Under the pieces are notes generated by a model. That model had not been told where the DNA came from and did no database searches. It saw only the letters and a program-made list of their open reading frames with translations. A DNA stretch of 64,000 nt from an uncultured delta proteobacterium (GTDB lineage: Bacteria > Desulfobacterota > Binatia > Binatales > Binataceae), in the NCBI GenBank assembly GCA_963724765.1, contig CAVRVY010000003.1:800001-864000 (forward strand), read 5' to 3'. This document shows positions 30,169 through 38,942 of this stretch, in pieces. How positions within the stretch are numbered: the stretch's first letter is position 1; each line of letters begins with the position of its first letter. A program made the position numbers and the translations under genes.

Positions 30169-30214
30169 TCACTATAGCCTACTTGACACTATGTGTCACT
30201 ATATGTCACTGTGT
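30169..30214. promoter_or_regulatory. Divergent promoter with 10 bp tandem operator repeats
   Basis: TTGACA at 30183; gacactatgt/gtcactatat/gtcactgtgt; palindrome tgacac-tat-gtgtca. Confidence 0.65.
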
Positions 30215-30330
30215 GCCCCGCACCGCCTCCATCAAGAGGCTGACTGACACATTGTGGGATTCGTAACCGCGCTGATGCAACATCGGCGCCCGCGCATCCG
30301 GTGCGCGTTGTCCACAGGGAGGACTAAAAA

Positions 30331-30627
30331 ATGATGGACCGCGAAAACGAAACGCCCGAGACGGCAGAGGAGCCCCGAGAGCCCGGAGTGATTGAATCGG
30401 CCCTGGGCGCCGAGATTGAGGCAGGGCTTGCCCGGCTGGGTGTCACACGCGAGGAACTGAAGGCCGAAGAGAAAATCTATCCCGACGCGGACGATGACGA
30501 CGCCTACGGCCCCTTCCCGCTGTCTGTGGCCTTCCGTGCCCGTGCCATCGAGATTCTGGAGGCTCTGATAATAGACGGCATGGACACTTGCATTGAACAG
30601 AACGACATATGGATCGCCGAACTCTGA
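30331..30627 (+). CDS. Acidic hypothetical protein
   Basis: GGAGG RBS; very Glu/Asp-rich. Confidence 0.6.
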   Translation: MMDRENETPETAEEPREPGVIESALGAEIEAGLARLGVTREELKAEEKIYPDADDDDAYGPFPLSVAFRARAIEILEALIIDGMDTCIEQNDIWIAEL

Positions 30628-30781
30628 CACGTGTTGCCGGGAACCGCTGGCAAGCCGTCGCCGGCCCTCGTGCAGCAACTCAAGAAAGCCAAGGAGAAAG
30701 CCGACAAAGAGTTGGAAGCCGTCTGCGCGGAGGCTTTCGAGGAGGGGAGACGTTGCCGTCTGGCCTTGGAGGACGGCGGCC

Positions 30782-31135
30782 ATGAATAGCAAACCCGACA
30801 CTGCAACCGGGGTGGTGCTCGCGTTCTTCGATGCCGAGCTCGCGGCAGGTTGCACGCGGCTCAACATCCGGTCGCGCAAGGACCTGCTCATCGAGGCCGA
30901 ATGCTACCCCTCGACCGAGGACGAGCCCGGCGCCTATGAGTTCACGCCCTGGCCGTGCTTCGCGCGGGCGCGCGCGGTCGAGCTATTGGTCTATCTCGCC
31001 TTTTTCTTAAAGAATGGCGTGCGCGAAGACCTTGAAGCGGTCGATATGTGCATCGCGGAATTGCGCAAGGTCCTGAAGACCGCAGCTACCGAACTACCGG
31101 GGCTGCTCACGCTGAGGCTGAAGCGGGCTGCCTGA
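30782..31135 (+). CDS. Hypothetical protein
   Basis: GGAGG RBS before ATG 30782. Confidence 0.6.
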   Translation: MNSKPDTATGVVLAFFDAELAAGCTRLNIRSRKDLLIEAECYPSTEDEPGAYEFTPWPCFARARAVELLVYLAFFLKNGVREDLEAVDMCIAELRKVLKTAATELPGLLTLRLKRAA

Positions 31136-31204
31136 CCCGGCAGTCGAGACTCGAGACCGCGGGGCGGCCCGGTTCGTCGGAGGCTGGGCCCCCCAGGGGG
31201 AACC

Positions 31205-31549
31205 ATGACCAAAACAGAGATGCCCAGCCTCGACGAGATTGCAGCGGATCCGGCGCGCGCGGCCGGCTTGAGCCAGCCGATCCGCCTCCAGTTGATAGCT
31301 CGTTGCGCGACAATCGTGCTCGCCCTCGCCAAGACCCAAGACCGCGAACGGGCTAACGATAACGACGTCGCCAGCGACCGCCTTCTCACGGCCGAAGAAT
31401 TGGCGACGCTGATGCAGGTCAAAGTGAGCTGGGTTCACGCCGATGGGCACAAGCTGCCCTTCGCGGTGCGGCTGCTCGGTCAGCGAAAGGTCAAGCGCTA
31501 CTCGTACGCTGGTTTTGAGAAGTACATCCGCGCGAGGCAGGGGCGATGA
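31205..31549 (+). CDS. Excisionase-like helix-turn-helix protein (paralogue of 22293-22700)
   Basis: LDEIAADP; DRLLTAEELA.LM.VKVSWV...LPF...RYS..G. Confidence 0.8.
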   Translation: MTKTEMPSLDEIAADPARAAGLSQPIRLQLIARCATIVLALAKTQDRERANDNDVASDRLLTAEELATLMQVKVSWVHADGHKLPFAVRLLGQRKVKRYSYAGFEKYIRARQGR

Positions 31550-31701
31550 TCGAATCGCGCGGGACCGCTCGGGGCAACCTGGGCGTCCCTTTCTCTATCC
31601 GCGATGGCGCGAGATGATGATGGACGAAAGCTTAGGTCAGTCGAGATAGGGAGGTAGTCGAATGGCACTAGATGATAAGGCGCGCGATATTAGAGATTAT
31701 T

Positions 31702-31884
31702 ATGCGAACCTTCGACCAAGTAGAATCCGACCTGGGGCGCGCCCGCGAGCGTGGCGAGATGGACGAAAAGGAATATGCCCTTTCGCTCGCGACGCTTATA
31801 AAAGAGCGCATGGAAAAGTTGTGCGATGAAGTTCCCGGATTTCGGGAAGAGCTCGACTGCCTGCTTGCGATGAAACGTAACTAG
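31702..31884 (+). CDS. Small helical hypothetical protein
   Basis: MRTFDQVESDL...; start uncertain. Confidence 0.4.
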   Translation: MRTFDQVESDLGRARERGEMDEKEYALSLATLIKERMEKLCDEVPGFREELDCLLAMKRN

Positions 31885-31907
31885 CAGCCGAATCACAGGT
31901 TTAGGGC

Positions 31908-32114
31908 GTGGCCGCGGAGATCCAGATCATCACCTGCGGGTATTCGGCACAATGCTCCGTCCGCGGCTGCCGCGCTCGAGCTACTATGCTCGCCAGGTAC
32001 ACCGATACCCAGGGCAGGCCACTGCGGCAACGCGAACTGTGCGAGCGACACGCGGACTGGCTCAGGGACAACCGGCCGAACATCCATGACCTAAGGAACG
32101 ATCCCGATGCCTGA
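31908..32114 (+). CDS. Small Cys/His putative zinc-binding protein
   Basis: CSVRGC...LCERH. Confidence 0.5.
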   Translation: MAAEIQIITCGYSAQCSVRGCRARATMLARYTDTQGRPLRQRELCERHADWLRDNRPNIHDLRNDPDA

Positions 32115-32418
32115 GAAAACGATCAAACGCCGGCTTTAGGATTGTGACGCCGCGCTCGACATCGTCCGCCAGCGACGAACCGTCCCGAGAAAAAGCTAGG
32201 TGTGAATCCGCATACTTGCGGGTCTCCTAACCAATTCGTTTGCTCCTTATTTCAGAAGGGTATTAGCTCAATTTAGGCGCCGGCATTTTGTAGTTACCTC
32301 CCACGCAGAGCTGCTGCAACTCGTCTTGAAGCGTCTAGGGGAGTCGCGGCGCAAGGGTGCGTGTCCTCAAAACCCGAAAACAATGCCAGCGCATCTGCGA
32401 AGGCAGGAGGTTTCGATT

Positions 32419-32790
32419 ATGGGATCGGGTAAAGCGATAGGAGAGTTTTCCTTCAAGGCCATCACGGCCACCTACAGCCCTGGGCCAGCGGGAAGCGTTC
32501 TCGACCAAGTGAATTGGGAAGGGACAGCGAAGGGGTTCGGAACAGTCTTCGGCACGGCTACCTACGTCGGTGGTTCCAAAAACGGGACTTTCAGTGCGTG
32601 TTGGGTCGCATACCTTGACAACGGCGAGCAACTTTCGGGTATCGGTTCTGGCACCTACGAGAGTAGCGGCAAACACCACTGGCGCACGCGGCACGTGATT
32701 CACATCTCCGACGGCACCAGTATTGTCAACGAAGGTGAGATCGACCTGGCCACTCGGTCGTGGACAGGGAAAAATTTCGAGAATAGCTGA
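32419..32790 (+). CDS. Beta-rich hypothetical protein (cargo)
   Basis: AGGAGG RBS; Gly/Thr/aromatic beta-strand pattern. Confidence 0.75.
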   Translation: MGSGKAIGEFSFKAITATYSPGPAGSVLDQVNWEGTAKGFGTVFGTATYVGGSKNGTFSACWVAYLDNGEQLSGIGSGTYESSGKHHWRTRHVIHISDGTSIVNEGEIDLATRSWTGKNFENS

Positions 32791-32934
32791 ACGCAGGAGT
32801 TTCGCCGCCGCGTCCGATACGAGAACGAGGACCTTACGTTGAGTGCGGCGAGCCGGAATCGGGCCGCCGCGCTTTTCGTTCGCGGATAAGCAAGCAGACA
32901 TAATATTTCAAGGGCCATCTAACTGGGTTGCGGC

Positions 32935-33783
32935 TTAGACGGTGGCCCGGAGGAGGTTGACATAGTGCGGCGGTCTTAGTCCGTCATGGCGATTTAGAAA
33001 ATATCGCGCCGCTGCATTCTCGGGTGTCAGATGAGACACGCGGGAGAACCCGAGCTTCAGCAGATGGTCTGAAATCTCGTTGGGTGTAAAATACGTTAGC
33101 CACGGCTCACCTAGTTCGCCAACCACTTGAACAACCTTTGTTAGGAAGACAGCTTCTTCTAGTGTCCACGAATCCGGAGGAAGGATGAACTCCATAACGA
33201 TTTCGCTCCGTCTCGGCATCGATGGAAGGAATCGTAAGGTGGAATCAATCGCTTCCTTGGTCAGATACTGCGTAACCCCGAGCCACGAAAAGAACGTCGG
33301 CGCTCGATGGTCCAGCGAGGACGCGGCGAGGCCCTCCGCCAGCGATCTGCGCTCGAAGTCAATTGGCAAGAACTCCACGTTTGCTGGGACCGTGATTCCG
33401 CGTTTGACCAAATATTCGCGCTTGATCTTCTGACTCTCGGGGTGGTCGATCTCAAAGATGCGAAGCCTTGCCGCCCAGCTCGGCTGGCGGTAGGCGAATG
33501 TATCCATTCCAGCGCCGAGCAGCACATACTGCCCGATACCATTGGCGACAGCCTCTTCGAGCGAGTCCTCTGTGTAACGGCTCCGCAGTACGAAGATGGA
33601 ACGAAACCAGGGTGGAGGTCGGGAGTCCGGTGCCGCAGCTAGGATCTCCTCGGAGCTAGAGCCTTCAACCAGACCCACGGCGAGAGGATCGTCGAGAATT
33701 TTTGGGTCCGCATCCAAGACCTGATGCATTGCCCTCATGATCGAGGTGCGGATCATTGTGCTGCTGGCCTTTCGCCGCGCCAT
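32935..33783 (-). CDS. Class I SAM-dependent methyltransferase (LCM/TIGR00027-like)
   Basis: QYVLLGAGMDT.AYR, FEIDHP, LGVTQYL, GEPW. Confidence 0.9.
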   Translation of the reverse strand: MARRKASSTMIRTSIMRAMHQVLDADPKILDDPLAVGLVEGSSSEEILAAAPDSRPPPWFRSIFVLRSRYTEDSLEEAVANGIGQYVLLGAGMDTFAYRQPSWAARLRIFEIDHPESQKIKREYLVKRGITVPANVEFLPIDFERRSLAEGLAASSLDHRAPTFFSWLGVTQYLTKEAIDSTLRFLPSMPRRSEIVMEFILPPDSWTLEEAVFLTKVVQVVGELGEPWLTYFTPNEISDHLLKLGFSRVSHLTPENAAARYFLNRHDGLRPPHYVNLLRATV

Positions 33784-34233
33784 TTGGTGAGTCCCTTCCA
33801 TACCGCCCATGGGGCCACTATCGCACAGCCAGAACGCCTGCGCACGGTAGAGCTTGCACGCAAACGCCCCTAGGAGCCGTCCCCGCTTCGTGATGCTGCC
33901 CCTTGCCCGACACCCTCACGACGCCTCAGAATTAGCGACAAAATTATTGGCGCGTGTTCCTGATGCCGATGGTCGCGGAATAGGGAGCGCCATTTCAAAA
34001 TCGTGAAAAGTTCCCCGGTGACCACCAGCCACGCGCGATTGCGCATCGCGATTTTGGGGGGTGTAGCCGCCGACCTGGGAAAAGGATTGTTAGATCGATG
34101 CGCCGACTTCAGGATGGTCACCATCCGACGACGGTCACCATGGCGCCGGCGGGATGGTCAGCGGCCGGCGCTGATCCGGTGCACGTCGAGGGTCAGCGAG
34201 CTGCGCGCTCAAGATACGGCAATTGATTTCTAG

Positions 34234-34506
34234 TCAGCGGGTCTCAGCCGGAAAAGCCCAGCGCTCGCGGGCTTTCGCGTCGAGACAGCCGCGGTTAGGT
34301 AGCGGGTAGGTAGCAGGTCGCGGCGTTCCGGGCGGCCAGAGCATCGACGCGAGGTCGCGGCACGCCCGGCTACACGTCGAGATCCGCTGGCCCTGGCCGA
34401 ACGCCCTCGAGCGCGCCCGCATCACCGTCCGACCGCAGACCGCACACACGATGGGAATGCGCGGCGGGTTGATGCGCCACGGCCGGCCGCGCCAGAAGGA
34501 GACCAT
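34234..34506 (-). CDS. Small putative zinc-finger protein
   Basis: CAVCG...CSRAC; weak RBS. Confidence 0.45.
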   Translation of the reverse strand: MVSFWRGRPWRINPPRIPIVCAVCGRTVMRARSRAFGQGQRISTCSRACRDLASMLWPPGTPRPATYPLPNRGCLDAKARERWAFPAETR

Positions 34507-34550
34507 ACGCCGATGATACCGCCGCGCCCGAGGCCGTCCAACCGGTCTCC

Positions 34551-34781
34551 CGAAGAGTCAATCGCATCGAGCTAGACTGACTCTTCGACTGAGCGTCTTG
34601 AAACAAGCACAGGCTGAGAGAGTCGTGGTTCTCCTGGCCCAAGAGTCAGAGTTCCTTGGAGTTCCCCCAAACAACACTGACTCTTCGTATATTCTTCTTA
34701 TTTTATAAGGATAATATGGAAGAGTCCGTGCTCTTTGACTCTTGGGAAATAACACTGACTCTTGGGCGAAGAGTCAGAGTT
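34551..34781. repeat. Iteron-like array (GACTCTT core, 8 copies, both orientations) around an AT-rich tract
   Basis: Copies near 34551, 34577, 34638, 34673, 34719, 34736, 34751, 34767; AT tract 34688-34717. Confidence 0.85.
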
Positions 34782-34911
34782 AAGGGTCGGGGCACGGGGG
34801 GCGCGCCAGCGGCTCACTCGGCTGCTACCTATCTGCTACCTAGAAATCTGGTTGAGCCGACCCCCCCTCCTCGTCTAACTATCAAAACTTATTCTCTCCG
34901 TGGGGGTTTGG

Positions 34912-34987
<76 letters not shown>

Positions 34988-35017
34988 GCCGGGGAGTACG
35001 TTCTTAGCAGGATTTGG

Positions 35018-35094
35018 TGGGGTGAGTGAAGGGACTTGAACCCTCGACCGCCGGGGCCACAACCCGATGCTCTGCCAACTGAGCTACACTCACC
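35018..35094 (-). tRNA. tRNA-His(GTG)
   Basis: Encoded G-1, loop TTGTGGC, CCA end. Confidence 0.96.
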
Positions 35095-35153
35095 ACCGTC
35101 TACGTTGTTTACCGGCCCGTCTGCTCCGCTGCAGTCGAAGTTCCAGGCACGCT

Positions 35154-35230
<77 letters not shown>

Positions 35231-35233
35231 GAG

Positions 35234-35307
35234 TCGGGGCGAGCCGATTTGAACGGCCGACCCCCTGCTCCCAAGGCAGGTGCGCTACCAGGCTGCGCCA
35301 CGCCCCG
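35234..35307 (-). tRNA. tRNA-Pro(TGG)
   Basis: CCTGC CTTGGGA GCAGG; CCA not encoded. Confidence 0.95.
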
Positions 35308-35720
35308 AACCATATCGAATAACATACGCCCGTCGCCCCCTCAACCGCGCGTGCGCCACGACGGCGCTGGGACTCGTGCGCGAGAAGTTATCCTGCGCTC
35401 CGCGGATTCGTCGGGCGATCAAAATTCGCACGAGCCCACCGCACCAGCATCATGATCTCGCCCCGACGCGCAGAGGCTGCCAGCATTGAATCCGACGCGT
35501 GCCGCGGCGAGCATTAGAATTGCGCCGGCGTCGAACGCCGCGGAATCTCGCACACTCGCATTGACGATGCGCACGTAATCCGCCGCGCCCGCGGCCCATG
35601 CGCTGCCGGTCGGGCGTTCGGGGGATGCCTTGGGACATCCGCCGCGAACAGCATCCGCAGGAGTACGCGGGGCGCGCGCGTCGGCGCGTGCGCCGCGGTC
35701 CAGGGGCGCTACTCGGGGCG

Positions 35721-37466
35721 CTACTCGCGCTCCATGAATCCTTCAAGGTTACGCGAACGTCCGGTCTGTCGCAGCTTGCGCAGCGCCTTGGCTTCGATTT
35801 GTCGAATCCGCTCGCGAGTCACCGCGAACTGCTTGCCGACTTCTTCCAGCGTGTAGTCGGTCTTCTGCCCGATGCCGAAGCGCATGCGCAGGATCTGCTC
35901 CTCGCGCGGCGTCAGTGTCGCCAGCACCTTGCGCGTCTGTTCGCCCAGGTTGCCCTGGATCGCGGCCTCCACCGGCGAGGGCGCCAGCTCGTCCTCGACG
36001 AAATCGCCGAGCGAACTTTCCTCCTCGTCGCCGATCGGGGTCTCCAGCGAGATTGGCTCCTTGACGATCTTGAGCACCTTCTGGACCTTGTCCAGCGGCA
36101 TCTCCATCTGCTCGGCGATCTCTTCGGGGCTCGGTTCGCGGCCCAGCCGCTGCACCAGCAAGCGCGTCACCCGGAGCAGCTTGTTGATCGTTTCGACCAT
36201 GTGCACCGGGATGCGGATGGTGCGGCCCTGGTCGGCAATCGCACGCGACATCGACTGCCGGATCCACCACGTGGCGTATGTCGAGAACTTGTAGCCGCGC
36301 TGGTACTCGAACTTGTCGACCGCGCGCATCAGTCCGATGTTGCCTTCCTGGATGAGGTCGAGGAACCCCAAGCCCCGGTTGGTGTAGCGCTTGGCCAGGC
36401 TCACGACCAGGCGCAGGTTGGCCTCGGTCAATTCCTTCTTGGCGCGCCGGCTCTTGTGCTGGCCGGCGGCGATGATTTCGATCGAACGGCCGAACTCCTC
36501 GCCGCTCGCCTTGACCCGCCGCTCGACTGCCTTCATGGTGCGCTGCGCCTCGCGGATGCGGGCGGCGATATCGAGCAAATTCTCGCGGGTGCCGTTAACC
36601 TTGAGCACGTGGCGGCGGTCTTCGGCTTCAGCCGCCTCCTTGATTAGCTGGTTCTTGGAACGGCCGGTCGCATCCTCGTAGTGCTGAACGATCTGATAGC
36701 CCTGGCGGAACTGCTCGAGCTGATGGCGCATCTCGGAGATGACGGCCTCGCGCACGTGCCGCGATAGTCCCATCGTGGTGAAGGCGGCTTTGACCCGCTC
36801 GCGCATCCGCACGTAGTTGCGTTCCAGCTTGGGCTTGCGCCGCGGCCCGGGCCGCTCACGTAACTCCTCTTCCAGCTCTTCGAGCTTGCTGCGCAAGTCC
36901 TTCAATTTCTTCGTGGAGTCGTGCAGCTTCTTGAGCAGCTTCTCGTTGGCTTCGGGGCCGCGCTCTTCGTCCGGATCGGCGGGCTCTTCGCTTTCCTCGA
37001 AGATGTCGCGCAGGTCGGCTTCGCCGGCCTCGATCCGGTCGCCCAGGTCGATAAGAAAATCCAGCGTGACCGGCGACTTGAGGACCTCTTCTTCGACCTC
37101 CTGTTCGCCGGCCTCGATCCGCTTGGCGATCTCGACCTCCTGCTCGCGCGAGAGCAGTTGGAAGTTGCCCATCTCCTTGAGGTAGAGCCGTACCGGGTCG
37201 GACGAATCGCCCGCGGCGTCGGCCGTCTCTTCCTCGGCCTCTTTCTCGGGTTCCGCGTCAATCTCGCCCTCGGCGCCCTCGGTGGGGACTTCCTCGAGGA
37301 CCTTGATATCCATGTCCTCGAAGCTCTCGAGCGCGGCGCGGAGGTCGGTGGGCGAGGCCACGTCCTGGGGCAGGAAGTCGTTGACCTGGTCGAAAGTCAG
37401 GTAGCCCTGCTCGCGGCCGAGGTCGACCAGACCCTGGAGATCCTTCCCTTCGTACTTTTGCTTCAT
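35721..37466 (-). CDS. rpoD: Group 1 sigma factor RpoD
   Basis: Region 1.1, [40 protein letters not shown]. Confidence 0.97.
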   Translation of the reverse strand: MKQKYEGKDLQGLVDLGREQGYLTFDQVNDFLPQDVASPTDLRAALESFEDMDIKVLEEVPTEGAEGEIDAEPEKEAEEETADAAGDSSDPVRLYLKEMGNFQLLSREQEVEIAKRIEAGEQEVEEEVLKSPVTLDFLIDLGDRIEAGEADLRDIFEESEEPADPDEERGPEANEKLLKKLHDSTKKLKDLRSKLEELEEELRERPGPRRKPKLERNYVRMRERVKAAFTTMGLSRHVREAVISEMRHQLEQFRQGYQIVQHYEDATGRSKNQLIKEAAEAEDRRHVLKVNGTRENLLDIAARIREAQRTMKAVERRVKASGEEFGRSIEIIAAGQHKSRRAKKELTEANLRLVVSLAKRYTNRGLGFLDLIQEGNIGLMRAVDKFEYQRGYKFSTYATWWIRQSMSRAIADQGRTIRIPVHMVETINKLLRVTRLLVQRLGREPSPEEIAEQMEMPLDKVQKVLKIVKEPISLETPIGDEEESSLGDFVEDELAPSPVEAAIQGNLGEQTRKVLATLTPREEQILRMRFGIGQKTDYTLEEVGKQFAVTRERIRQIEAKALRKLRQTGRSRNLEGFMERE

Positions 37467-37858
37467 GCTATTAGGCGTCCGTCCTGGCTGTCCGCGGCGG
37501 GTCGATCGATGCGCGGTCCTGTGGCACGCAGATATAGGCCCGGCAGGTACCCGCCGCGCACCACTTCAGAAAGATAAAACTGAACAAGAGAGGCCGATTC
37601 TGGCAAAGCACCCCATTATATGGGTCGTTAGCGGACCAGTCAAAGCCGAAATCCTTTTTGCGTATTCCGCCCCTCTCGGGCTACCCCTCCCATCACCGCA
37701 CCACTCCAATTTAGCAACTATTTTGCCCTCGCGCATCCGCCAGCCCGGCGCGTCGTTGCCTGTGCTCAGAGGTTCCTTCAAAGTTTCATACGCTGGCGGG
37801 CCGCGCGCCGTTGCGCAGCCCGGCTCCATCCCGGCCATACGGCCCGAGGTAGCATCCC

Positions 37859-38878
37859 TTGCCAACTCATATTGCCATCCTGCTCATCAGCTTCGCCGTC
37901 ATCCTGGCCGGCTCGGAGATGTTCACTAATGGTGTGGAGTGGGCCGGGCACCATTTGAGCCTTTCCGAGGCAGCCGTCGGCAGCCTGCTGGCCGCGGTCG
38001 GCACGGCGTTACCCGAGACGCTGATTCCCGCGGTCGCGTTGATAATGAGTCGCGGCGTGCCAGGTGCGCATAGCGAGGTCGGGGTGGGCGCGATAATCGG
38101 CGCACCGCTGATGCTTTCGACTATCGCGCTGTTCGTGATGGGGGTGGCGGCGCTGGGCTTCCGCAACCGGCGCGGGCGTATCGCGTTGCGCGTGCCTCGC
38201 ACCGACGCCCGGCGCGACCTCGCTTTTTTCCTGCCGGTGTTTCTCGCGACGCTACTGCTCGGGATGGTCGGTTTGCCGCCGATCGCGCGTTACGCGCTCG
38301 GAGCGATACTGCTGGCCGTGTATGTGAGCTATGCGGTGGTGATCCTGAAACTCAAGCGAGACGCCGGGACCGCCGTCGAACATGGGCTGCACCTGGAGTG
38401 GCTGCTGCGGGGAAATCCTTCCGACCCGCGCGGCTGGCCTACCGTCGTGCAGGTCCTGCTCGGGGTTATCGCGATCCTGCTTGGCGCGTACGTGTTCGTC
38501 GATCAGATCGTTTTTGTTTCGCAGCACGCCAATCTGAGCCCGGGCGTGCTCTCGCTTATCCTGAGCCCGCTCGCGACCGAACTGCCCGAGAAATACAACG
38601 CCGTCGTCTGGATTCGCCAGAGCAAGGACAACCTGGCGTTGGCCAATATTACGGGGGCGATGGTTTTTCAAAGCTGCATACCGGTGACTTTGGGCGTGGC
38701 TTTCACGCCGTGGCATCTTAGCTCTCCCGAACTGCTGGGCGGCGCGATCGCGATCTTTTCGGCCGCGCTGCTCTATGTGAACTTGCGCGACGGCGAGCTG
38801 GGCACGCCCACCCTGATAGTGGGCGGGGCCGCCTACGCGGTCTTCATCGCGGGCCTGGGATGGCTCGGCGCTCTCTAG
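37859..38878 (+). CDS. Sodium:calcium antiporter (CaCA family)
   Basis: GTALPE and ATELPE alpha repeats; multiple TMs. Confidence 0.9.
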   Translation: MPTHIAILLISFAVILAGSEMFTNGVEWAGHHLSLSEAAVGSLLAAVGTALPETLIPAVALIMSRGVPGAHSEVGVGAIIGAPLMLSTIALFVMGVAALGFRNRRGRIALRVPRTDARRDLAFFLPVFLATLLLGMVGLPPIARYALGAILLAVYVSYAVVILKLKRDAGTAVEHGLHLEWLLRGNPSDPRGWPTVVQVLLGVIAILLGAYVFVDQIVFVSQHANLSPGVLSLILSPLATELPEKYNAVVWIRQSKDNLALANITGAMVFQSCIPVTLGVAFTPWHLSSPELLGGAIAIFSAALLYVNLRDGELGTPTLIVGGAAYAVFIAGLGWLGAL

Positions 38879-38942
38879 AAACGCGGCGCTATGGTTGTGA
38901 TTCGCACCGCACGCGCGCCACAATTCCTGCTCAGAACCCGCG

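Noticed and set aside
31546-31617. Short ORF after the second Xis as an integrase N-terminus
   Set aside because: Stops after ~23 codons with no convincing integrase motif
33960-34160. Loose GATGGTC/GGTCACCA repeats as a second iteron set
   Set aside because: Too short and GC-rich to distinguish from chance by eye
34551-34781. Possible CRISPR array
   Set aside because: Repeats are short, irregularly spaced and in both orientations; no cas genes
35703-35726. 12 bp tandem repeat at the rpoD stop, and the 19 bp tandem at 51249-51288
   Set aside because: Isolated two-copy slippage duplications with no sign of function
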